A stretch of DNA of 64,000 nt from contig NC_134472.1 in the NCBI RefSeq assembly GCF_964194025.1, forward strand, positions 36,642,001-36,706,000. Direction: 5' to 3'. The number at the start of each line of letters is the position of its first letter. Within the stretch, counting starts at the first letter, position 1. The notes under the pieces are model-generated. The model did no database searches. It was not told the DNA's origin and saw only the letters and a list, made by a program, of their open reading frames with translations. Positions 26,151 through 38,000 of this stretch are shown here, piece after piece. Both the position numbers and the translations under genes were made by a program. This DNA is from Convolutriloba macropyga (Eukaryota).

Positions 26151-26799
26151 TTATGCAGATGCTGTGATTTGAACCCTACTGAAAAAAGCAGCAGCTACGC
26201 GATTTTAAGTTGTGCAAAAGATTTGTGGGTGACAAGATGTCTCGAGTTTCCGGCGATCCTCGAAAAACACCTTGAATATGCAAACTCACTACATCAATTT
26301 ACACAAATACCTGCCATTAGTATCGAAAACCAACAGACATAACCCTACACTTTTGTAGCTTTCGTTGCTTTTTCCACTTAGACATAAGAAACGGATAGTC
26401 TTCTAAGGTTCGATTCGTAAAATTTCATTGAAACCAGTAATGGGACCAGCACCTTTGTAACAAGTCACTCGTTCATACACCAAAAATCAAAACACAGACT
26501 CGGAAGTCTGAGATTTTTGGTTATAAAAATGTTCAATTACCTTGCTGAAGAAAATCTTTTGCCAAAATCGGTAGATAAAACTGAAGTTTTTTCAATTCGC
26601 ACTAATCTTAGAACACCAATTGGATAATAAAGATATGTTTTATTAGGTACTGCACGTTTATGTAGATTCTCTGGGCACCTCCTGAAGATTCATTCGACTC
26701 GTATGGTGTCCTAGTTGGTGAATTGAATTAGTGCTTCATAATAATTGTTTGTATCTTCTGTTTTAATAATTGTTCGTATCTTCTGAATGCAATGCGATT

Positions 26800-27266
26800 T
26801 CACATCTTCCGCGCGCCACGACACCTGAATTCCTACCGATAACGGACTCTCAAGCCCACAAAAGAAATTTCAAGCTGTTCAGCGGAGTACTGAACATTCT
26901 GTCGCTCCCTGGAGGTCAAATACGGTACACATGTACGATTTTATACCTGCACAAGGCAAGTACAAGACAATCATTCTCTTCATAGGAGGGAACGATTGTT
27001 TCGAAAAAGAAGGCAGTTTCAGACACAAGAACAAGGACCTTGCAAAATACACTGGGGAAGTTTTTGTTCTCGGAATCCCCGAACGATTCCACAAACCAAA
27101 TCGCAACAAGCCGATCAACCAAGCCCTGCTGAAACCAAGTCAGAAAGCCAACTGGGAGCTTAGAAATGTATCCCATTACTTGTGGAGCCGTCACGTCTCA
27201 CAAGACAAGGTACACCTCACAGAAGACGGATTGAAAAACGTCAAGCTGATGAAGACAAAGTTCTGA
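26800..27266 (+). pseudogene. Frameshifted SGNH/GDSL esterase-like domain, probably LINE ORF1-derived
   Basis: All four SGNH blocks appear across two frames: ITDSQA, LPGG, ILFIGGND, DKVHLT..G. Confidence 0.7.
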
Positions 27267-27469
27267 AGAGCAGGTACAGCATTGATCGGGACAAGGCAGG
27301 CAGCAACGCGGCAGGTAACGAGTATACACAAAGGAACATTAACCGCTATGTCCGTGCCAGCACTACAAAGGATGTTAATCTGCTAGTTTGTTAAGCTATC
27401 GTTTCTTTCTGCAGCCTTAAGGGCTCTTAGAAAAATGATAGAACAACAAAACTAACATCCTCTCCACCA

Positions 27470-28110
27470 TGACTCGTTGCAACACCTGCAATAAGTCAAT
27501 TGGTGCCAAAGAACAATACTACCAATGAGCTATTTGTAACACAAACACCGTGACGCACCGGACTCTCACCAGTTGCAATCAATTGGATCAAAGAAATGAC
27601 CCCCTCATTGCTTCGTTTTGCAAGCATAGCGTGGAGAGCAAACGGAACGACGCTTTTCGGGAAAGCAGTGTGCAGGGAATGGAAATTACGAAGATAAACT
27701 CTACGGAGGAGAAACTGGAGAAGACTATCGAACAAAATGTCAGCAGCGTCATCACGAAATGCGAAAGTCGCATAGAGGAACTAGTCAACAGAGTAATAGA
27801 AACGAAGCTAGAGCCCAAGCTCAAGCGATTACAAAAAATCTGTCTCAAAGGAAAATGACAATCGTCACACTATGAAATCAAGCTTTCGCGTAAGAGGTCT
27901 CCCAGAAGACCCGAACAAAAGTAGAGAAGAGAATGCGCTCTTCACAAACGAAAAACTGAATGAAGTACTCGACGAAATCGGAGTAAAAGTTGAAAAACTA
28001 CAGAGGCTAGGAAAATTTGGTGAAACCAGGAAAACACTAAGAAATGTAATTTTCAACCTAATCAACAACTGGGATGTCAGAAGGACAAAAAGTTTCAGAG
28101 AAGGCTAAAC
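27470..28110 (+). mobile_element. Decayed LINE ORF1 fragment (Cys-rich N-terminus, coiled coil, RRM-like region)
   Basis: MTRCNTCNK.., coiled-coil segment, FRVRGLPE..VEKLQRLGKF..RNVIF. Confidence 0.6.
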
Positions 28111-28299
28111 GATGGTTCGCGATACAAAAAGCCAACCCAAGCTGCGGACTAGAATGGGATTTACCATATGGTTGAGTGCACTGGTGATGGCTGTGACGGG
28201 AATGGGTGCATTTTCTGGTCGAGGATCTGGCTCCCAGAACGCATTCCCAAGATCTTCTTAACCCAGCCATTCCTTTGAGGGTTTTGTGCTCACGACAAG

Positions 28300-28688
28300 A
28301 TCTCAGAGAGGAGCAGTCAAGCAATATGGGAGGCAAGACAATGTCAAGATTGTTGGGCTGGATGTAGCAACGAGGATCCATGCGAGGACGTGATCAAGGT
28401 GGCAGGTTACTGTGGGGTATGCTTGGAAACGGACGACATCACTGAATGTCATCGTCTCCCTTGCAGAAATGACGGTGAGCGACCGTTGATTGCTCGTTTT
28501 GTTCGAAGAGAAGAAAATATAATTAATGCGGAACAAGAAAAACCTGAATCTCAATCAGCTAAAACTTATCTCAATGATTATCTGACACCAATTGCGTTCG
28601 AGAATATTGTTTTCTTTGCGAAGAGATCATACCATCAAATCTGCCAATCGATGAATGAACAGATTATTGTATATGTTGCGATTGATTC
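28300..28688 (+). mobile_element. ORF1 remnant of the CR1/L2-group LINE interrupted by the Gypsy element
   Basis: RRQDNVKIVGL..DDITECHRLP..RPLIARFVRR, the same ORF1 type as 12031-12462. Confidence 0.75.
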
Positions 28689-29120
28689 TATAGTAGCCGC
28701 CCGCGCGCAATACTCTATTTCTTTGGCTAATTGAGCGTGGTACTTGGTTAAAATGCAAAGTTAGAAGTTAAATTGTTAGGTAGATTTTGGTGAAGAAAAA
28801 TTGCTTTAATAAACTAAGATTTAATAGAGTGGTTAGCTCTGATGGTAAGATTGGTGTTCAATGAATGAATATAATCCTCATTTTGTTTGGTACCCAATAT
28901 CCGTTCTATCTTCGTGGTAAATTACCAAGTCAACAAAGATATGTCAGTTTTGTTGATTTCGCTCGAAGCCCTAGCTTTGTCTAATCACAGGTCTATTTTC
29001 TTTTCTGACACCTATCAACCTTGTGTCAGTCATAAATCAGGTAATAAATCAAGTTTTAAACTAAATTTTTAAACTTGCAACCCAGGGTGTTTAGTACATC
29101 TTCTCTATATAAGTGTGACA
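28689..29120 (-). repeat. LTR copy (432 bp) of the Gypsy element
   Basis: Near-identical direct repeat of 41492-41923; begins TGTCAC on the minus strand. Confidence 0.85.
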
Positions 29121-29558
29121 CTCAGAATTCAAAAACAGTGCAAAACACATTGTATGATGTTCAAAGAGCGTTTCCCAAATTTGTTGAAAGTGCTTCAAAC
29201 CAGGCAAACAATCCTTTTCAGGAAGGGATCCTTCTCCTCCTTCTCTAAATTCTCATCGTTTTGATAGCTGTTGTAATTCTATTTTGAAAAACCAAACTAT
29301 TTATTATGTCAAGATTCGGTCTCTAAATTAGTTTTTGACGAAATTCAATAAAATGTCTAAAGAACCTCCAAATATACTATTATTTGTCTGGTTGGAGGTC
29401 TCGCAGAGACCTTGGTGGAGGACAAATTAAAAACAATTCGTTTCAAAGTCGATAACTACATATTTTCAACCGTTGTCACGTTAGCAAACATCACAGCACA
29501 GGTATATATGTGCATGATTCGATTAAAGCTGATGTAGTTGACATTGAGTTTGAAAACA
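29121..29558 (+). repeat. Duplicate of LINE ORF2 (APE) start also present at 41924-42361
   Basis: Collinear near-identity; encodes GGLAET..GIYVHDSI. Confidence 0.85.
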
Positions 29559-29764
29559 ATGTAAAGCTCCCATTCTCGTCCGCATACTTTTTAAATGATT
29601 TCATATAAATTTTTAAACCTGACGATGAACGCAATGTTCGAAAACGTTCGTTTTAGTTAATCAATTTAAGTTTTAATTGACAATTACTTCTCTGCATCCT
29701 AAATCTTTAACCTTGAAACCCAAGGTTTTTAGTACATCTTTTTTATATACGTGTCACACGCACA

Positions 29765-29779
29765 CTGCCCCCCACTTAA
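29765..29779 (-). promoter_or_regulatory. Polypurine tract of the Gypsy element, adjoining a ~60-bp 3' LTR remnant (29706-29764)
   Basis: TTAAGTGGGGGGCAG followed by TGTGCGTGTGACACGTATATA..GATGTACTAAAAACCTTGGGTTTCAAGG, matching the LTR start. Confidence 0.8.
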
Positions 29780-29895
29780 CAAGAATAGAGTGCAAAACTC
29801 ACTCGGAATTAAACAATGTTTTCATTCATAGATCTCGTTATGTGAACGTCTTACTATACAAAAAGATTGTAGATTTATATGGACAGTTTAATTAT

Positions 29896-31000
29896 TAGTT
29901 TTGGTTGTTCATAACTTTTCCTGCCTCGTCAAGTCCAAATATGTTTTACGCCTCCCGTGCCGCATCATTTGTCAGAATTTGATATGCCCAGTTGATTGTC
30001 TTGAAGATTTCTTCGTCTTCACCAGAGATCAGGGTGCGTTTCAACAGGCTCATTTTGTGGTAGTGTTTCCTGATCTGATCTTTTGAATCAGAAATTTTTA
30101 CCAACAAAATCTCGTATAGCGTTTTAGGCCGGCTCATAATGTTTTGGTTCCGAATCTCGGATAAACATTTCTCCGTGGCTTTTGTTTTGCCTTTTTCGTT
30201 TCTAAGAGCACTCTTTTGTCGATCAATGAGAGAATTTTTTTTCGGCATTCGTTGGCCAAATACTGATTGTAGTGTTCCAGCTGCTCAAGCTCTGACCTCA
30301 ATTGGTCATTCATTTTCTCCATATTTTCGATGGCTTTGCCCTTCTTAGCAGCTTTGACTTTCAAATCGGCCAAGTTGGCTTCAATACCTCAATGGATTGC
30401 TCCTGTTCAGCATTTTTGGCTGCTGTTGCCCTTAAGTTATCTCGTAACGCCTCAAACTCGGCACTCTATTTGCCCAAAACTACTTTTGTTGCCTCTTTGG
30501 TCTTGTTGTAACAGTTATCCAGTTCCTGTCAAAGCTCGACGAGGTCTTTTTGAAGTGACGAGTTAGTACTCTTCAACTTCTCTAATTGCAAGGACTGGTT
30601 CTGCAGTTCCACTTCAGTCTTCAGAGCACGCGACCGAATACTGGCTTGTGCCAGATATTCTAGCGTAGATATTTTCCGAGTCCGCGACAGACAAGATTCT
30701 ACTCGATACCCTCAGGGGCAAATCTCGGAAATAACTTTCCACAATTCTGGCATGTACACATAATCGCCAATCACTGGAATCTTATTACCCGCTATATTCA
30801 ATAAAAACCCTTTTTGCTTCTAAATTTTCTCGATATTTTCAATCTTGAGCTCGAGACTTTTCTTTTTTTTTCGTTTCTTTTTTTGGTCTTTAGCTCGAGA
30901 CGTTCCCGTTTTTTTGGTCTTGAAATCAAGACATTTTTTTTGGTCACGTTATGGGCTCAAGATTCCGCAACAGTTGTCGCCAAAACGCTCCAATAAAATC
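29896..31000 (-). pseudogene. Retroelement-borne coiled-coil protein with C-terminal DnaJ J-domain (disrupted)
   Basis: TLYEILLV..SDSKDQIRKHYHKMSLL-[HPD in shifted frame, CACCCTGAT at 30036-30028]-GEDEEIFKTINWAYQILTNDAAREA*NIFGLDEA. Upstream are coiled-coil fragments and a KKKRKKRK basic run. Confidence 0.8.
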
Positions 31001-31099
31001 TAATCCTAAATAGATGAACAACAGGGAAAATTTTTCACAAATTGAAAAATGAAGTAGACTGTTAAGACTGACACAGAAATGTCCTTCGCTTTTACCCAA

Positions 31100-34000
31100 A
31101 TTTATAAGGTTTCGGTTCATAAATTCCGAAAAATTGTTATTTCTTTTGTTAGAAAAAGTTGTTGTTGGAACTGATAAAGCAGTAAGACAAAATTTTCATT
31201 ACTATATTTTCTATGCGAATCTCAGAATGCTTCCCGACTGATAATTCCTTTACTATAATGGCGAATTGTTCGAGTAATTTGATTCTGTTTTACGTCTGAT
31301 GTGGAGAAAAGGCTACGATGCAGGTTTTAATCACTTCTATTTAAGTTAAATTCATCGACCACTGATATATCACCGATTGAATTTCTTCAGCGTTTCTCCA
31401 TATTGTTGAAAACTGCCGTCTCCTAATTTGACAACATTCAGGTACAGCGGGTTGAATGCAGCGGTTGCATAATTATGATGTATAATTATTGTTATAGGGT
31501 CCATACATCTACTAAAAGAAAAATTCTGACCCTTTACTATCACAGGAACTTCTTCTGTGCAAAAAGGAAGTTTAGTTATTGTTGCTACCATCTTTGAACA
31601 TTTATGAACATATAACACAGATCCTGCTCTTTCGACGTGAGTTCCTTCCTCGAAAAACGTTACTGACGGGCTAACAATGTTTTCTGATATTTCAATCATT
31701 GTTTATATTCTTAGTCGGTGAATCTCGCATTAGAGCGTTCTATTTTTCATTAGAAAATTCTCTCTTTTTGAGAAGTTCGAAATTAAAGGTGTCAACAACG
31801 CTCGAAAGAAACATTTCCATGGATATTTTAAGATTACCAGTTTTCAGTTCTGAACTTTCCTCGGAATAAAAAACACCTGGAACTCCGGTTGTTTTCACCT
31901 GCCTTTCTAATGCAAAATCTTCATAATGGTTTTTTAATAAAATGTTTTCGCTGATAAAAGTGGTCTTGTTGTTATTAAAATTTTTTGCAGGATCTTCCCT
32001 ATTAATGTGTCTGATCTTTTGACATGTTTGCTCACCTTGATTTTCAAAAAAATTATTTTCTTCGGTACTATTAATCATTTCTTCGGTACTTTTTGTTTTT
32101 CTGCTATTTTCCTGAGGCTTTTTTTATGGTTTTGGAATTTTTGTTTTTCCTGTTTTTTCTCCAGTGTACTCTGTAGGTTTTGATGAAGTTGCATCTCCTC
32201 CCTTGGCAACATTTTTTGCCTTCTCTTGCCCTTCAGAGATTTCTTGCTCGGATTCTTTAGCTTCATTCTCAGACGTGTCATTTGTAACATTTAGTGACTC
32301 ATTAGCACCCTCAGCTTCGGATTGACTTTCTGTGTTTAGCGTGCTTTCATTGTCTGTTGATGATTCTATTTCAATTATATCACCTTTGTCTGCGCTGATC
32401 AAATCTGTATTCTTCTGCTCCTTAACGGTCGCTTTTCTTTTCGCCTGAGGCTTAGGCGTGAATGGCTTTTTTCTCGTGTTTTAAATTTTTTCAGTCGGTC
32501 ATAATGGACCTTAATAGCTTTCCTGGTCTTTTTATCTTCTACCTTGAAATTCATATCGTTCATAACTTCAACTATTATGTATGGTCCTCTATAGAAGGAA
32601 GTATTTTTTCTTATTTTTCCTTTTTTAACCGTTGGGTTGAAAACTAACACTATTTCGCCAACTTTTTAGCTCCGTCCATGCTTACTGCAATCATAGTAGG
32701 TCTTCTGGCGTTCTTGTTTGACATCCATATATTCTCGTATCAACTGATGCGTTTCCTGTAGTTTCTGTTTCATTGTGAAAACATAGTCACTTGGTGTTGC
32801 ATATATTGCGGTCTGTGGTGTGCTGTAGGTGCAGTCTATAGGTAGCGACAGTGGAAAACCCAATAGCACTTGCCCTTGGCTGTATTTTTGTTACACTATG
32901 GATTGTTGATCGATAGGCCATCATCGCTAAAGGTAGAAATTTCGACCGCTCATGTTAATATTGGCCTATTTATTTATGGGGACATTCTTTTATTGACCGA
33001 TTTGTTCTTTCAATCATCGCATTTACTTGGGGGTGTTAGAACCCCGTTGATGTCCTCTAAATTTCTAGTTCACTGCAAAGACTACGAATTAATTTTGACA
33101 CAAATTTTGACCCTTGGTCACTTTGTAGGCTGACGAGACAGCCGAATCTCACCATCCAGTGTTCAACAAACGCTAATTGCACGGTTTTTGCTTCTTGATT
33201 GGGTAAAGCTACGGCTTTGTACAACTTACTGAATTCATCACCGATAGGCAAAAAGTACTTGTTTCCCTGAGACTCGGGAAGTCGACCCATGATATCAAGA
33301 GATACTTGCCAAGAAATATATAACACAGATCTTGCTCTTTCGACGTGAGTTCCTTCCTCGAAGAACGTTACTGACGGGCTAACAATGTTTTTTGAAATTT
33401 CAATCATTGTTTGAATTCTTAGTCGGTGAATTTCGCATTGGAGCATACTAATTTTCATTAAAAACTATCTCTCTTTTTTTGAGATGTTCGAAATTAAAGG
33501 TGTCAATAACGCTTGAAAAAACATTTCCATGGATATTTTAAGATTACCAGTTTTCAGTTTTGAACTTTTCTCGGAATAAAAAACACCTGGAATATTGGTT
33601 TTCACCTGCTGTCCACACAAACTAATTGCTTTTTCCTCTAGAATTTCTAATGCAAAATCTTCATATTTGTTTTTGTAAAAAAAATTTCCGCTGATAAAGG
33701 TGGTCTTGTTGTTACTAAATTTTTTTGCAGGATCTTCCCTATTAATTTGTTTGATCTTTTGACATGTTTACTCACCTTGATTTTCAAAAAATTATTTTAC
33801 TAAGTCCTTTTAAAAATATGTGACTTTGAGGAAAACAGTTTCAAGAAACCTAGGGGATCCTTAAATTCTAATAGGTTTCTTTGTAGCAGCTTCCCTCAAG
33901 TTTCTCCGATGTAAAGTTTTCCTTTATTACCACATTTCCAATAACTTTTCTCCTGTAGGTGAAACCCACTGTACAGGTTTTGCATGCAAAGCGCCTTCAT

Positions 34001-35037
34001 GCCCTTTTTTGCCATGAATCTACGACTATGCTCTTCGACATAAGTGGTTTCGAAGGCTTGATGTAAAATTGTTTCAGTTACCGACCTGTTGACTTTGAAG
34101 GTCCTATCACCAAAACCTGGTATGTTATAGCAAAGTTTTTGTTCTGCCAAATATTCCTAAAAGCTCCCTATTTAAAGAGTGTATTGATTTTAGTAGTCTC
34201 GAAATTTCTGTGAGAAAAAGGACATCGTCATATATGTTGCTTTTTAGTACCAACACTGTGTAAACCGCTTCATAGATGCAAAATTTTAGTTTTCTTTCAG
34301 GTTGAACCTCAGCATATATCAAACTACCTTCTTCTTTTGTTTTCGATACTCGAGTTTTGTTATCACAATTTGTACTGCAATCAAGAGAATAGATCTTTGT
34401 TGATATAATTTTTTGTCAAAATCATAACCGTTTAACTTGATACAAGGTCATGGAGAAGCAAAAATGGCTACCAATGCCACATACAAACATAGTGATACTC
34501 CATCACACGATGCTCCAGACGAACTCGCCTTTCTTTTCGATTCCAATACTTCTTTCTGGATTTTCCTGGAACAAAAACACCTTCAGTTTCCTGACTGCAG
34601 AAGTACTCTTTATCTTGCTCAGTAATGTAATTCTTTAATTTCTCAGGCACCGATTTTAATCGGCTGTTAGAACTTGTAGCCATTTTTGGTGCCTTGGGAT
34701 CACTATTAATCTTTTCTTCGGTACTTTTTGTTTTTCTGCTAGTTTCCTGAGGCTTTTTTTCTGGTTTTGGAATTTTTGTTTTTCCTGTTTTTTCTCCAGT
34801 GTACTCCGTAGATTTTGATGAAGTTGCACTTCCTCCCTCGGCAACATTTTTTTCCTTCTCTTGCCCTTCAGAGGTTTCTTGCTCTGATTCTTTAGCTTCA
34901 TTCTCAGACGTGTCATTTGTAACATTTAGTGACTCTTTAGCATCCTCAGCTTCGGATTGATTTTCTGTGTCTAGCTTGCTTTCACTGTCTGTTGATGATT
35001 CTATTTCAATTATATCACCATTGTCTGAGCTATTCAA
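31100..35037 (-). pseudogene. Envelope-like glycoprotein (chuvirus-G-like) remnants, split over tandem duplicated units
   Basis: Hydrophobic LCLYVALVAIFA then LNGYD(F)D..SILLIAVQ(N)CD (~34490-34360). LQCEIHRLRIQT..RAGSVLYVHKC..FCTEEVPV..MDPIT..NPLY (31740-31370). Confidence 0.65.
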
Positions 35038-38000
35038 ATCGGTTTTTTTCCTTGAAATTCAAATCGTTCATAACTTCAACTATTATATATGGTCCTCTTT
35101 AGAAAGAAGTAATTTTTCTTATTTCTCCTATTTTAAGCGTTGGGTTGAAAACTAACACTTCTTCGCCAAGTTTATAGCTCGGTCCATGCTTACTGCAATC
35201 ATAATAGGTCTTCTGGCGTTCCTGTTTGACATCCATATATTCTCGTATCAACTGATGCGTTTCCTGTAGTTTATGTTTCATTGTGAAAACATAGTCACTT
35301 GGTGTTGCATATATTGCGGTCTGTGGTGTGCTGTAGGTGCAGTCTATAGAAAGCAACAGTGGAAAACACAATACCACTTGCCCTTGGCTGTATTTTTGTT
35401 ACACTATGGATTGTTGATCGATAGGCCATCATCGCTAAAGGTAGAAATTTCGACCGCTCATGTTAATATTGGCCTATTTATTTATGGGGACATTCTTTTA
35501 TTGACCGATTTGTTCTTTCAATCATCGCATTTACTTGGGGGTGTTAGAACCCCGTTGATGTCCTCTAAATTTCTAGTTCACTGCAAAGACTACGAATTAA
35601 TTTTGACACAAATTTTGACCCTTGGTCACTTTGTAGGCTGACGAGACAGCCGAATCTCACCATCCAGTGTTCAACAAACGCTAATTGCACGGTTTTTGCT
35701 TCTTGATTGGGTAAAGCTACGGCTTTGTACAACTTACTGAATTCATCACCGATAGGCAAAAAGTACTTGTTTCCCTGAGACTCGGGAAGTCGACCCATGA
35801 TATCAAGAGATACTTGCCAAGAAACATATATTACAGATCTTGCTCTTTCGACGTGAGTTCCTTCCTCGAAGAACGTTAATGACGGGCTAACAATGTTTTT
35901 TGAAATTTCAATCATTGTTTGAATTCTTAGTCGGTGAATTTCGCATTGGAGCATACTAATTTTCATTAAAAACTATCTCTCTTTTTGAGATGTTCGAAAT
36001 TAAAGGTGTCAATAACGCTTGAAAAAACATTTCCATGGATATTTTAAGATTACCAGTTTTCAGTTTTGAACTTTTCTCGGAATAAAAAACACTTGGAATA
36101 TTGGTTTTCACCTGCTGTCCACACAAACTAATTGCTTTTTCCTCTAGAATTTCTAATGCAAAATCTTCATATTTGTTTTTGTAAAAAAAATTTCCGCTGA
36201 TAAAGGTGGTCTTGTTGTTACTAAAATTTTTTGCAGGATCTTCCCTATTAATGTGTCTGATCTTTTTACATGTTTGCTCACCTTGATTTTCAAAAAAAAT
36301 TATTTTCTTCGGTACTATTAATCATTTCTTCGGTACTTTTTGTTTTTCTGCTAGTTTCCTGAGGCTTTTTTTATGGTTTTGGAATTTTTGTTTTTCCTGT
36401 TTTTTCTCCAGTGTACTCTGTAGGTTTTGATGAAGTTGCATCTCCTCCCTTGGCAACATTTTTTGCCTTCTCTTGCCCTTCAGAGATTTCTTGCTCGGAT
36501 TCTTTAGCTTCATTCTCAGACGTGTCATTTGTAACATTTAGTGACTCATTAGCACCCTCAGCTTCGGATTGACTTTCTGTGTTTAGCGTGCTTTCATTGT
36601 CTGTTGATGATTCTATTTCAATTATATCACCTTTGTCTGCGCTGATCAAATCTGTATTCTTCTGCTCCTTAACGGTCGCTTTTCTTTTCGCCTGAGGCTT
36701 AGGCGTGAATGGCTTTTTTCTCGTGTTTTAAATTTTTTCAGTCGGTCATAATGGACCTTAATAGCTTTCCTCGTCTTTTTATCTTCTACCTTGAAATTCA
36801 TATCGTTCATAACTTCAACTATTATGTATGGTCCTTTATAGAAGGAAGTATTTTTTCTTATTTTTCCTTTTTTAACCGTTGGGTTGAAAACTAACACTAT
36901 TTCGCCAACTTTTTAGCTCCGTCCATGCTTACTGCAATCATAATAGGTCGTCTGGCGTTCTTGTTTGACATCCATATATTCTCGTATCAACTGATGCGTT
37001 TCCTGTAGTTTCTGTTTCATTGTGGAAACATAGTCACTTGGTGTTGCATATATTGCGGTCTGTGGTGTGCTATAGGAGCAGTCTATAGGTAGCGACAGTG
37101 GAAAACCCATTACCACGTACGCTGGGCTGAATTTTTTTTACACTATGGATTGATGATCGATAGGCCGTCATCGCTAAAGGTAGAAATTTTTACCACTCAT
37201 GTTGGTATTGGCCAATGTATTTATGGGGACATTCTTTTATTGACCGATTTGTTCTTTCAATCATCGCGTTTCCTTGTGGGTGGTAGGACCTTGTTGATGT
37301 CTTCTAAAATCCTAGTTCACTGCAAAGACTACGAATTAATTTTGACACAAATTTTGACCCTTGGTCACTGTGTAGGCTGACGGGACAGCAGAATCTCACC
37401 ATCCAGTGTTCAACAAACACTCTTGACACGGTTTTTGCCTCTTGATTGGGTAAAGCTACGGCTTCGTACCACTTACTGAATTGATCACCGATAAGCAAAA
37501 AGTACTTGTTTCCCTGAGACTAGGGAAGTGGACCCATGATATCAAGAGATATTTGCCAAAATGAATGATAAGGTTTCAATTTTGTGAGTGAATGCCGATG
37601 TTTCCGCTTAGTGCTTTTCCTTTTAGGCACACGTAACAGCTTTCTATCCAGTTTCTTACATCCCATCTCATGCACAGCCAATAAAACCGTTCACAAGCCT
37701 TTTGGTGTGTTTTCTTAATCCCAAATTGACCTGCGCTAGGAGAGTCATGCAACAGCTCAAGCACGTTGGACACTCTCTCCCATGGTACAAGCATTTGGTA
37801 AACAGTCTTAAAGTTTGGTTCTATTTTTGTATTTACGATACAAAATCCCGTCGATGAGACAAAGATTTGTATACTTAAGCCAGTATTTCCAAAAATCCTT
37901 TGAGGCTCCATTTTCCAATTGCCGTGGTTCCGTTCTTTTTTGGTTTAGTACCCAGGAGTATACTTCTTTGAGTACTTTGTCATTTTGCTGGGAATCTCGC

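Noticed and set aside
28689-29558. 870-bp direct repeat as the LTR
   Set aside because: PBS and PPT positions define a 432-bp LTR; the remainder encodes LINE endonuclease motifs.
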